Source: Candidatus Sumerlaeaceae bacterium (GTDB taxonomy: Bacteria; Sumerlaeota; Sumerlaeia; Sumerlaeales; Sumerlaeaceae). Taken from it: a DNA stretch of 64,000 nucleotides. Under the pieces are notes generated by a model. It did no database searches, was not told where the DNA came from, and was given only the letters and a program-made list of their open reading frames with translations. Location of the stretch: NCBI GenBank assembly GCA_049968255.1, contig JBMFRB010000001.1, positions 128,001 through 192,000 of the forward strand, given 5' to 3'. Below are positions 1 to 9,158 of the stretch, piece by piece (the first letter of the stretch is position 1; each line of letters begins with the position of its first letter). A program made the translations under genes and the position numbers.

Positions 1-884
1 ATCGGCATGCCGAAGCCTTCCATGTGAGGGGCCGCCACGTAAACCGTGGCATTGCGAAGAACAATCCCTAGCTCGCGACGCGAAAGATAGGGCAAGCAAT
101 AGACCGAACTTCGCGCCCCTGCCGCCTCGCCGCGGTGGTTAGGCGCCGCTCCAATGCAGACAAGTGGAATGTCGATGGTAAACTCGTCGCGAAGCAAACG
201 ATGCGCGGCAAGAAGAGCTGGGAAATTCTTCCGCCGCGAGCTCCCCCCTACCGTCAGCAGGTAAGAACTGTCTAGGCCGAGCTGCCGCAGAAATTGCTTA
301 TCCGAGGGAAATTTCCGCAGAAAGAACCGCGAAGCTACGCCCCAGGGAATCACATGGAGCCGCTGCGAGAGCTCAGGAATAAGTGAACCGAAATGACGAC
401 GGACTTGCTCGGCGGTTCGCCTCGACGGCACAATGATGCGCGAAACGTGGGGCATGCGCCGTGGAAGGCTCCTCTGAAAATAAGCATCGCCCCACGGCAA
501 GTGCTCCGCTTGCTCCGGGGCGTCGAGAAAGAACAAATCGTGAATGGTGGCCACGAGCGGCATGCGGTGCGTCGGCGGGATGAACATTGCAGGGGCATGA
601 AAAAGCTCGGCGTGCGGCGCCAACATCTCCGCACAAGGAAAATCAAAGCGTTGCCACACCTGAAGCAGGAGCGGCCCGGGCAAGCGCCTGCGCAGAATGC
701 GGACGCGACGACGACTCAGCAGGGGTAAACGTGGCAGCCGTTGACGAAAGGAATGAAAAACATAAAGGAAGTCGAAATCCGACGACAGGAACGGCAAACG
801 CGCAGCCAGTTCGAACGTTGCCGTCCCGATGCCCGTACGCACGGGTGTAGCGGTGCTCATGTCGAATGCGATTGTTGGGGCCAA
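1..884 (-). CDS. Glycosyltransferase family 4 (GT-B), runs off the window start; missing from the ORF track
   Basis: Manual translation: TTG start at 884 after GGAG; N-terminus LAPTIAFDMSTATPVRTGIGTATFELAARL; same frame gives the GT4 signature EGFGMP at 20-3. Confidence 0.85.
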   Translation of the reverse strand, partial: MAPTIAFDMSTATPVRTGIGTATFELAARLPFLSSDFDFLYVFHSFRQRLPRLPLLSRRRVRILRRRLPGPLLLQVWQRFDFPCAEMLAPHAELFHAPAMFIPPTHRMPLVATIHDLFFLDAPEQAEHLPWGDAYFQRSLPRRMPHVSRIIVPSRRTAEQVRRHFGSLIPELSQRLHVIPWGVASRFFLRKFPSDKQFLRQLGLDSSYLLTVGGSSRRKNFPALLAAHRLLRDEFTIDIPLVCIGAAPNHRGEAAGARSSVYCLPYLSRRELGIVLRNATVYVAAPHMEGFGMP

Positions 885-1051
885 TGTGTTCTGCTCCAGC
901 TCGTAGCGGGATGTAGTGCCGTCATGGCCATGGGGGCAATGCTTTTCTCACCTCGGTGTGGCGAGCTAGATCCGTTCGAGATGTGACGCGACTTGCCACG
1001 GGGTAGCCCGATGAAGAGTGCCACGAACGTAGGTGAAGACAGGCTCCGCCT

Positions 1052-1864
1052 TCAGTAGAGGAACCACTCCCCGACGGCGGAAGATAAAGCTGGGGTGACA
1101 TCTTGCCACGCTGTGCCAACGCGGAGTTCGTCGAGCTCAAGCGAGAGCAAACTATTACCTGCTCCCTGGCGCACGCCAACACGTCCTAGCGCCGTCAGGT
1201 CCTGAAGGGCAGCTTTGGTCACGTCCGGTGTGGGCGATGCGGATTGGCCCAGAGGCGGATTGACCCAGAGATAGGTCATATCGTCGTTTACATCGCCATT
1301 GAACGCGTAGGCGACGACGACGAAGACGGGGACTTCCACATCGAACTGTGAACTTCCCCACTGCGGCGTGTCGGTGTTTGCATTTGCGAGACCGAGCTGA
1401 AATTTCGATGCGCTGCTCCCCTGGCGGACGTAAAGACGTGCGCGAAAATCTTGAGCTCCTGCGCCGGCGCTTGAAAAGTGAAAGATATAGTCCCCGGTGG
1501 TATTGCCAGGATTGCTGACTTTGAGCACAAACGATGCGTAAACGCTAGCGCTGCTTTGATTCGTCACGTCATGGCCGGCATCCTGATAATTGCTTCCGTT
1601 GCCAAATGTGATTTTTCCACCGGACGAAGGCGGCAGTCCGAAATAGCTTAGCGAACTTGTGGCGACCTGGATCGGGGAACTCGTGCCTGTGCCAGTTTGA
1701 GTCCAGTCTCCTTGGCCAACAAGGTTGCCGCTGCCGTAGGCAAATGGCTCGTGCCAAGGCAGGGATTGTTGGGCGAAAGCACTGGCCGTGGCAAGAATGG
1801 CTACAGAAAAAAGCGAGCCCAGCCATATAGTGCCAAAATTGCAGTTTTGCTTCTTATCACGCAC
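1052..1864 (-). CDS. Secreted beta-sandwich-like protein, paralog 1, C-terminal tag SSAVGEWFLY
   Basis: GGAGG SD then GTG at 1864; signal peptide ending ASAFA-QQ; clear similarity to 2926-3753 and 5090-5890 (GNLVG, NGSxYxD, VYASF, W[IV]NP, RQG, LDELR..T.W..VT). Confidence 0.8.
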   Translation of the reverse strand: MRDKKQNCNFGTIWLGSLFSVAILATASAFAQQSLPWHEPFAYGSGNLVGQGDWTQTGTGTSSPIQVATSSLSYFGLPPSSGGKITFGNGSNYQDAGHDVTNQSSASVYASFVLKVSNPGNTTGDYIFHFSSAGAGAQDFRARLYVRQGSSASKFQLGLANANTDTPQWGSSQFDVEVPVFVVVAYAFNGDVNDDMTYLWVNPPLGQSASPTPDVTKAALQDLTALGRVGVRQGAGNSLLSLELDELRVGTAWQDVTPALSSAVGEWFLY

Positions 1865-2145
1865 TGCGTCACCTCCGAGAAACACCGTTCCCGTGCATCA
1901 GAAGATGAAGACGCACTCGCGGCGCCTAACTTTGCCGACCTCGTCGCTCACCTTATCGTCAGCGAGGGCTGGGCTTAGCAACCTTTGCTAGATAATCGCA
2001 GGGCACAAAGCAAGGAAAATAGACAGGAAACTTCGTCACATGACATGAGGCAACCACGTAACCAACAAAACGAGATGCGCCCCGCGCCACACGCTATTCG
2101 CCTTTGCGCTGCGAACCCGCGACATGCCCCAACGCCTGCGCCACG

Positions 2146-2769
2146 CTAAAACCCAAGAAAAAGCTTGGCGCGATTCCAAAATGTATTGGGGACGGGGAAG
2201 TACTTCCCAGACTCTCGACAAATCGTGTCGGTCAATAAAGGCTTGAGCCGTTGAAGATCGCGCGCGTTTTTCTCCAGCATTTCTGATTTTTTATTCACGC
2301 GATTGGCAATCTCAGCATATAGGGCACCTATGCCGACCACTGGTATCGAGCGGCCATGCAGAAGGGCACGCGTTTCTCCGAGCACGTGCGGCTCCCACCG
2401 AACGATGATGCGAGGGGTCACCGTTGCAAGCACTCCATTCCACAGCCGCCGGAAAAACGTAACCTCCACCGATGCACCGCGAAACAGGAATTCAAGTTTG
2501 TGGGAGGTTTCTTTGATGAGGGCGTGGCCAAACTGTTCGCGCACCCAAGGACGATCTTTCTCGTCCGCGAGAAGATCGATATCCTTGTGGGACCGGCTGG
2601 TGCCCGTCAATGCATCAATGGCCCAGCCCCCATGAACCCACACTCTTACGCCTCCTTGCTCCATTCGGTCAAGAAGGGCAAAGAGTACTTCTACGAGAAC
2701 GCCTTGCGCCTCGGTCGCTGTAGCCTGCGGCAATCTCTCTGCTTGCTCTGATGGAGTGGAATAATCCAT
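2146..2769 (-). CDS. Nucleotidyltransferase, aminoglycoside-2''-adenylyltransferase (AadB/LinA-like) family
   Basis: WVHGGWAIDALTG...RSHKDIDL matches the GGWAxD...R.H.DID motif of this family. Confidence 0.75.
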   Translation of the reverse strand: MDYSTPSEQAERLPQATATEAQGVLVEVLFALLDRMEQGGVRVWVHGGWAIDALTGTSRSHKDIDLLADEKDRPWVREQFGHALIKETSHKLEFLFRGASVEVTFFRRLWNGVLATVTPRIIVRWEPHVLGETRALLHGRSIPVVGIGALYAEIANRVNKKSEMLEKNARDLQRLKPLLTDTICRESGKYFPVPNTFWNRAKLFLGF

Positions 2770-2925
2770 AAAATGATAATTTGTTCTGCTCTCCTGAAGC
2801 TTGCTATGCCGAATCTTCTGCCGACATCGTATTCACAAGCTACCTACAGTAGACCAAGGAAAAATGCTCCTAAGTTCTGTAAGCGAAAACAAACAGGTGA
2901 TCTCAAAGGCTGCCCAAAAGTGGAA

Positions 2926-3753
2926 TTATTCCACGGTCCAAGCAGCTAGCACAATCGGCAACGTGACCTCTGACCATGACGTCGACAGGCGCAACTCGTC
3001 AAGCTGAAGGCTCAGTCCTGTGCTCGATTGTCCCTGACGCAGGCCGATGCGGCCGACGTACGACAGCTCGGAATTTGTTGTCGCCTGGAGAGTCGCTGGC
3101 GGGGGAGTCTCTTGCTTAAGGGCCGGGTTGATCCACAATGCCGCGACATCGTCGTTCGTCGCGGGATTAAACGTGTAACCGACCACAAGAAGAAGTGGCG
3201 TGCCCACATTATACTCCACAGAATCGTAGACTGTTGAGTCTGTGGCGGCGTTGCGTACGCCAAAGATGACTTTACTAGCGCTCGAGCCACGCTTTGCGTA
3301 GACTATAGCATGAAAATCTGTTGCGCTGGTTCCTGCGCTGGAGAAGTGCAGAAAAGCATCGCCCGTTGTTGTTCCCGGATTGACGACGTTGACAACGAAC
3401 GACGCGTAAACACTCCCAGAGACCTGCGGTGTCAGATCGAGGCCGACATCTTCATAATTTGAACCATTGCCGAGACTCACTTTTCCGCCCGTCGCGCCTG
3501 GCAGTCCTGCATAGGACAGTGATCCGGTGCTCACTTGCACGGGCGAGACACTTTGTGAGCCCGTTCGCGTCCAAATCGCTGTTCCATTGCTCTGCCCCAC
3601 TAGGTTTCCCGTTGCGTAAGCAAAGCCTTCGTAAAAGGGCAACGACGCTTGCGAAAACACATTGGCGTAGGAAAGAGAAAGTAAGATCATAAAGCTCGCT
3701 ATTACACAACGGCTGGGTCGTGCTGAGGACGAAGAGATAAGTTTTGCACTCAT
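2926..3753 (-). CDS. Secreted beta-sandwich-like protein, paralog 2, alternative C-terminal tail VTLPIVLAAWTVE
   Basis: ATG at 3753 (MSAKLISS); signal peptide ending NVFS-QA; same conserved domain as paralogs 1 and 3. Confidence 0.8.
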   Translation of the reverse strand: MSAKLISSSSARPSRCVIASFMILLSLSYANVFSQASLPFYEGFAYATGNLVGQSNGTAIWTRTGSQSVSPVQVSTGSLSYAGLPGATGGKVSLGNGSNYEDVGLDLTPQVSGSVYASFVVNVVNPGTTTGDAFLHFSSAGTSATDFHAIVYAKRGSSASKVIFGVRNAATDSTVYDSVEYNVGTPLLLVVGYTFNPATNDDVAALWINPALKQETPPPATLQATTNSELSYVGRIGLRQGQSSTGLSLQLDELRLSTSWSEVTLPIVLAAWTVE

Positions 3754-4084
3754 ATGCCACCTTCCGCTATAAGCTCTGCGAGCGCGAAGGTGACGCGAAC
3801 CATCGAGACAAGGCACAGACATTGTCGCTGGGCGTGTGCCAAGCTCTGGCGAGCTCTTCACATCCGCGCAGATTTGTGAAGCAGGAAACAAAATCGAGAG
3901 TTTTACATGCAAACAAAATATACAGGGGACAAATCCCCCCTCTACAAAGGTTACGCGGTGGGCCACTGAGCGCAAATTCCTAGAAGCTCAGACGAGCACC
4001 GTCATTACGACAAAGGGTATGTGAAATGCGATCGCGGACGCGAGTTGTCTGCCGTGGCCCACGGCACCTCAGGCGGGTGTGATT

Positions 4085-4714
4085 CTAGTTGCGTACCCGT
4101 TCACGAGCGCGCTGCATAATTTCGGCGTCGAGCAGTTTCACGGACTCTGAAAGTTGACGGTACTTTTCTCGCAGCTCGTCTGGTGAACTCGCCGCAAGCA
4201 GCTCTTCGGCCATTTTCGATAGACTTTCGAGTTTTTCTTGAAGTTCGGCCTGCTCGCGGTCGCTGGCGAGCAGGCGCGCCCCCATGTACTTGTCTTCCAG
4301 GGCCAAGATCGCGGCCTGAACGGACTCCACCTGCTGGGTCGTCACGCGGTCGGTGATGGTTACCGGGATTTTGTCGAGCGCATCAAGCACATCCTGAATG
4401 GGAGAGGGCGCGGCCGTCGTTGTCGCCACAACACCCGCTGAAGTCTCTTGCGTTTCCCCATGCTTGGTTTGTGCAGCTCCACTCAGGCGAGCAGTGGCTC
4501 GAGTGTCCGCCTGAGGGCTCTGCATCTTTTCCACGTGTGCTGGCTTGGCTTTCGATTTCTCGAAGTGTTCTTGCGAGGATGCGGACTGGCCCACACCGCT
4601 TTGTTTACCTTCCCCACAACCGCCTAGAAACAGAGCGGTGATAAATATTCCGCACAACAACTCGCCTGGCGCCGAAAGGCGGTACATCCACACCATAAGG
4701 ATCAAAACCTCCAC
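4085..4714 (-). CDS. Putative lipoprotein with low-complexity linker and helical C-terminus
   Basis: Hydrophobic stretch ending in lipobox LGG-C; start codon uncertain (MYRLS possible). Confidence 0.6.
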   Translation of the reverse strand: MEVLILMVWMYRLSAPGELLCGIFITALFLGGCGEGKQSGVGQSASSQEHFEKSKAKPAHVEKMQSPQADTRATARLSGAAQTKHGETQETSAGVVATTTAAPSPIQDVLDALDKIPVTITDRVTTQQVESVQAAILALEDKYMGARLLASDREQAELQEKLESLSKMAEELLAASSPDELREKYRQLSESVKLLDAEIMQRARERVRN

Positions 4715-4938
4715 GGGGAAAGTGTCCGCGTGCTACTTTCACTTTGGACTCTGGCGGGGGTGGGTGGACGCTGCAAGAGAATTGTGCGCCGGATGCCCTG
4801 GCCGGCGGAGCGCAAAGGACTTTGTCACTGCAATCAAAACCGGACTTGTCACGTCTCCGGAAGGTGCAGTCTTTCGCAGAGGTCCCTAAGCTTGGCATTG
4901 GTCAAAGGCTGCCAATACAGACTGTAGAGCTGGAACAC

Positions 4939-4972
4939 AAAAAAGTGCGTGCGGGGAAATGCCCGCACGCAC
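4939..4972 (-). terminator. Rho-independent terminator of 5090-5890
   Basis: GTGCGTGCGGG / CCCGCACGCAC stem followed by T6 on the minus strand. Confidence 0.8.
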
Positions 4973-5089
4973 AGTAATGTCTTCTTGTCTCTTCCCTCAA
5001 CGACCGGCGTGGCCGTTGCGCCGGTCGAACTTCCTACGCGACGAGTGAGCCCACCGAAACGTCCGACGGCCCTGCTCGTCGGCGGACTC

Positions 5090-5890
5090 TTAGTACAAGG
5101 TCCAGTCGTCCACGCCGGCATTCGTAGGCGTGACATCAGTCCAGGACGTGGAAACCCGCAATTCATCCAACTCAATCACCTGAGAGGTAGAGGAGCCCCC
5201 TTGGCGCAGATTGACGCGTCCCACTGCTGCGAGATCCTGCGATGCTGTTGCAGTCAGATCCGCAGAGGGGGGCGAAGTCTGCCCCAGCACGGGATTGATC
5301 CACATCGAGCTGCTGTCATCGCCAGGAGCGAAGTTGTAAGCCACAACGACGAACACGGGCGTGCCCACAGGGAGATCGTTGCTCTGCTGGATCGTGTCGG
5401 AACTTCCGTGGCGTAGTCCGAGCTTGAAGTTCCCCGATGTAGTACCAAGCTGAACATAAACGCGAGTCCGGTAATCTGATGAGCCTGTTCCCGCTGAGGA
5501 GAAATTGAAGATATAGTCGCCGGTTGTAACCGTTCCCGGATTCACTACATTGAGAATAAACGAGGCGTAAACGGTTTGGGTGGTCGAGGCGACATCAATT
5601 CCTGGGTCTTCATAGCCGCTACCATTGAGCAGTTGGACTTTGTTCCCCTGGGAAGCAGGGAGCCCGCTATAGGCGAGGGAGCCGCTGAGGACCTGCACGG
5701 TCGACGATGTATTTGTCCCCGTCCGTTGCCACGTGCCGCCAGCAATTGTGTTGCCCACGAGATTGCCTGTAGGATAGTTGAAATGTTCCACGAGGGGAAG
5801 CGACGCTTGCGCCGAGGCGAGAGAAGCGCCCGCGACAAAGGTCGCGACAGCAACTACACTTTTCCACACGGAGGCGAGATGTGCTTTCAT
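5090..5890 (-). CDS. Secreted beta-sandwich-like protein, paralog 3, C-terminal tag NAGVDDWTLY
   Basis: AAGGAG SD; signal peptide ending SLASA-QA; shared domain with paralogs 1 and 2. Confidence 0.85.
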   Translation of the reverse strand: MKAHLASVWKSVVAVATFVAGASLASAQASLPLVEHFNYPTGNLVGNTIAGGTWQRTGTNTSSTVQVLSGSLAYSGLPASQGNKVQLLNGSGYEDPGIDVASTTQTVYASFILNVVNPGTVTTGDYIFNFSSAGTGSSDYRTRVYVQLGTTSGNFKLGLRHGSSDTIQQSNDLPVGTPVFVVVAYNFAPGDDSSSMWINPVLGQTSPPSADLTATASQDLAAVGRVNLRQGGSSTSQVIELDELRVSTSWTDVTPTNAGVDDWTLY

Positions 5891-7019
5891 CAGAGTTTCT
5901 CCTTATCGTGATTTGCGAAAGCAGGGACGGTTATCTTACCATTTTCCGCGGTTCTGCACCGGAGTACGGCCACTCTCCGGAGCACTTGCGCACGAAAAAG
6001 AACGCCGTCCTCTGCTTTCAAAACCCTGCAGTAATTCTTACGCCATTTGCATATATTCAAGTCAAAATGCCAGATTCGCTCTCTTGGATGGCTTTCACCA
6101 TCGTGTCACAACAAAATACGGGGCGGTGCGCAATGCCCTTCCATATAGGTTTTTCAGCAGTGTATCAGCCCAAAACCTCCGCGCCGAGCGTGCTGTGAAG
6201 TCGGTGAGCGTCGCAGCGATCAATGCGCGCGAGGCCCGCCTTGGTGCAAAAGCGAGTTCTCCGCGCACGCAAAACACGTACTGGCCGCGGCTGTGGTGAT
6301 TATCATGTTATCAAGATTATTAGATATGTGTGGATGAGAAGACGAGTAAGGATTACCTAGCACGGGTTGGGGATGCGGCGCAGATTCCCACCAGACATGT
6401 CATGCAAGCACAAAGAGACACCATAAGCGAACAACAAGCTATGCGCACGGATGCCCATCGCCTGGGGGAATAACTTGGAAAAGCTAATGAAAATTCTCGG
6501 GGGGTAGTGGATGCACTATGGCATGAGGGCAAGATCTCCAAGATCTCTGTGACTTTTTATGATGAGGAGCAAGGTAGCTGAAAAAGTGACACAGGGGTGA
6601 CATCCAGGAGCTCGAATACCAATGAGCCTAGGCCGTAGCGAGATTGACGGAAAAACGGAGGGGACGGCGCTTATTCGCTTCGCCGGTCAATTTTTTTCGA
6701 TTTTTGTCCGGTTAGCATAGACAGGCGTGAGGGCAGCAAGGGAAAAAACAGACCGGCGACAGGGCAGACCATACGAATCATGCATTGCCAAACTGCGATT
6801 TAGCTGGAGTCGGAGCGAGCTGCTGTGCTGCGCTTCATTTTTTTTGTCATTAGTGCAAAATTGGGTTGACTGACGCCGTAAGTTTGACATAAGGATACCT
6901 GTTGCGTTGAAGGAAGAAGCAACAAATTTTCGCAGCGTTTGCCCACGGGCGTTGCGCGTCTGCTTCTTCTTAGCCACGCGATGATTACACAACAAAACCA
7001 TGAGAAAGGAGTACGCCTC

Positions 7020-8684
7020 ATGAAAAAGCAATTCCTGGCGATGGCGGGTGCGCTCGCAGCCACCGCTTCCTTGTCATTCGCCATACCTTTCGACAACTCA
7101 GCTGGCGGCCCAGTCGTGGCCACGGTCGGCCCAAATGCTGGTGACGACTACACGTCGCTTTCGGCGGCTGCAGCGGCATTCAGCGCGGTGTCGGGCGGCA
7201 TCAACCGCGAATGGACGCTCCAAATCACGGGCGACCTGACCGAGACGACAGCCAGCTACTTCGGCAACACGTTCGGGCCAGGTGCGAAGCTGATCATCAA
7301 GCCCGCACCAAGCACACAACCGACGATCACGTTCAGAATTCCAAGCACCCCTTCGGGCATTTATGGTGACGTGGTGTTTGGTGTCAGCGACGGGAACGTT
7401 CCTACCGCCGCAAACGACAGGCCGTCCGATGGCAACTACGTGATTGACGGCTCGAACACGCCGGGGGGCACCACGCGCGACCTAACCTTCCAGATTCCCT
7501 CCACGCAAAATGATCCGATGCTGCGTGTGATTCGCATCTGGGGCGACACCAAGAACATGGTGATCAAGAATATGAAGATCATCACGCGTGATAGCAGTGG
7601 TAACTCCCATTGCATCGGGCTGGCTAGCGGGCAAACGAGTGATGCCACGCCAGTTCCTCGACGCGTCCAAGGATTGCTCATTGAGAACTGCTATCTCGAG
7701 GCTATTCCTGCGGGCACGAGTGGCTTCGGTGTCGACTCGAGCCTCACAGGAAACAGCACACTGCCGGCTGGACAGTGCCAGGAGAACATCATTGTACGCA
7801 ATTGCGACATCGTAGGCAAGCAGCGCGGCATTTTCCTGCACATGGCGTCGGGGACCCTGGAAAACAACAGGATCTCGGTGGAGCAGGGAACTGGGGCAGG
7901 AGTCTCTTATGCTGGCATCTTCCCGTTCCAGAACAACACGACGCCTGGTGGGAGTGTGATCATTCGCAACAACGTGGTAAAGGTCACATGCCCTTCGACA
8001 TCGGCTGGGCAGGGGGCTTACGGGATTCTTTACGACAGCGGCATGAATGGAACTGCGGTGGATATTTACAACAATATCCTCAAGGATTTCAGTTTCACCT
8101 CTGCGTCAGCAGTTGACCTGATCTACCGCGGCATCAGCGTTGGCACAGCCGGCTCGACCGCAACAGTAGAGCATAACTCGTTAGATCTGGCGGCCAACAA
8201 CACCGCAGTGAGCGCTGCCACGGCGGGTCGAGTGGCAGGAATTGCGATCCCGGTGACGATGACGACAGCAACGGCTGCCGTGCGGAACAACATCGTGCGC
8301 ATGGGCAATACGGGTGCGACGGCAACCTGCATCTACCTGGCGGCAACAACGAACGTGATCAGCGAGGGTAACGACCTTGTTCCTAATGGTTCGCCAAATA
8401 CAGGGCGAGTTGGGGCCACAGCCTATGCCAGCTTGGGGGATTGGCAAGGTGCTGGATTCGATCTGCCGGCATCGGGTGCTCAGAGTGTGGATCCGTCGTC
8501 GGTGGTTCCGGCGTGGGATGCCAATCTGCACTTCTCGCTGAAGCCGGTCGGGCTTGGCACAGTGGCCAGCTCGACGGTTCTTACGGACGTTGACGGGGAT
8601 GCTCGTCCGGCTACAGGTGCGTATCCTGGTGCGGATGAGCCACCTGGTCCGGCAGCAGGCGTGGCTGACTGGGCGCTCTTCTAA
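7020..8684 (+). CDS. Secreted right-handed beta-helix protein with choice-of-anchor-Q-like C-terminus and tag AAGVADWALF
   Basis: AAGGAG SD, MKKQFL signal peptide ending SFA; repeated I.NN/IEN/VRN beta-helix rungs; TDVDGDARP...GADE motif. Confidence 0.8.
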   Translation: MKKQFLAMAGALAATASLSFAIPFDNSAGGPVVATVGPNAGDDYTSLSAAAAAFSAVSGGINREWTLQITGDLTETTASYFGNTFGPGAKLIIKPAPSTQPTITFRIPSTPSGIYGDVVFGVSDGNVPTAANDRPSDGNYVIDGSNTPGGTTRDLTFQIPSTQNDPMLRVIRIWGDTKNMVIKNMKIITRDSSGNSHCIGLASGQTSDATPVPRRVQGLLIENCYLEAIPAGTSGFGVDSSLTGNSTLPAGQCQENIIVRNCDIVGKQRGIFLHMASGTLENNRISVEQGTGAGVSYAGIFPFQNNTTPGGSVIIRNNVVKVTCPSTSAGQGAYGILYDSGMNGTAVDIYNNILKDFSFTSASAVDLIYRGISVGTAGSTATVEHNSLDLAANNTAVSAATAGRVAGIAIPVTMTTATAAVRNNIVRMGNTGATATCIYLAATTNVISEGNDLVPNGSPNTGRVGATAYASLGDWQGAGFDLPASGAQSVDPSSVVPAWDANLHFSLKPVGLGTVASSTVLTDVDGDARPATGAYPGADEPPGPAAGVADWALF

Positions 8685-8752
8685 GAGCGGCTGGCGCTGG
8701 GCGCCAAGCGCACCGAACGCCTTTTCGGCCGTGGGCGAAAAGGAGTGTCTGG

Positions 8753-8789
8753 AGAGGGCGGTTCGCAAGTGCCGCCCTCTTTCTTTCTT
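8753..8789 (+). terminator. Rho-independent terminator
   Basis: AGAGGGCGG / CCGCCCTCT stem followed by a T-rich tract. Confidence 0.75.
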
Positions 8790-9076
8790 GGGTGCTATTT
8801 CTCCTTGGTGATGTCGGAAAATCCTTGAGGCAAGTGCGAGGAGAAGAAGATGCTGGTAAACAGGAGAACCACGAAACAGACTTAACGGCTTTTCTTACGT
8901 TCCTCGTTTGCTCTCTCCGCTTATTCCCTCCTCCCTTTCGCGCCCTTTGATCTGCGGAAGGCTATCTATTGTTCATGAGGCTAAAAGAGAGAGAGTTTTA
9001 TATGGCGAGGGTGTTCGGAGGGATTTCGTTTTTTTCTGCTGGGTGTGAGGAAAATTTGGTGGTGGCTGTAGAGTTT

Positions 9077-9096
9077 TATAGAACAAATGTTCTATA
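9077..9096. promoter_or_regulatory. LexA (SOS/Cheo-type) operator GAAC-N4-GTTC
   Basis: TATAGAAC-AAAT-GTTCTATA palindrome (8-bp arms) about 60 bp upstream of dinB-dnaE2. Confidence 0.8.
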
Positions 9097-9158
9097 TATT
9101 TCCGGGCAACTGTCTCCAATGAGACAGCGAGAGGATTTGAGCTGCGGAGGACAAGGAG

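Noticed and set aside
350-986. Short ORFs listed at the window start
   Set aside because: They overlap the GT4 gene (1-884, minus), which is open to the window edge
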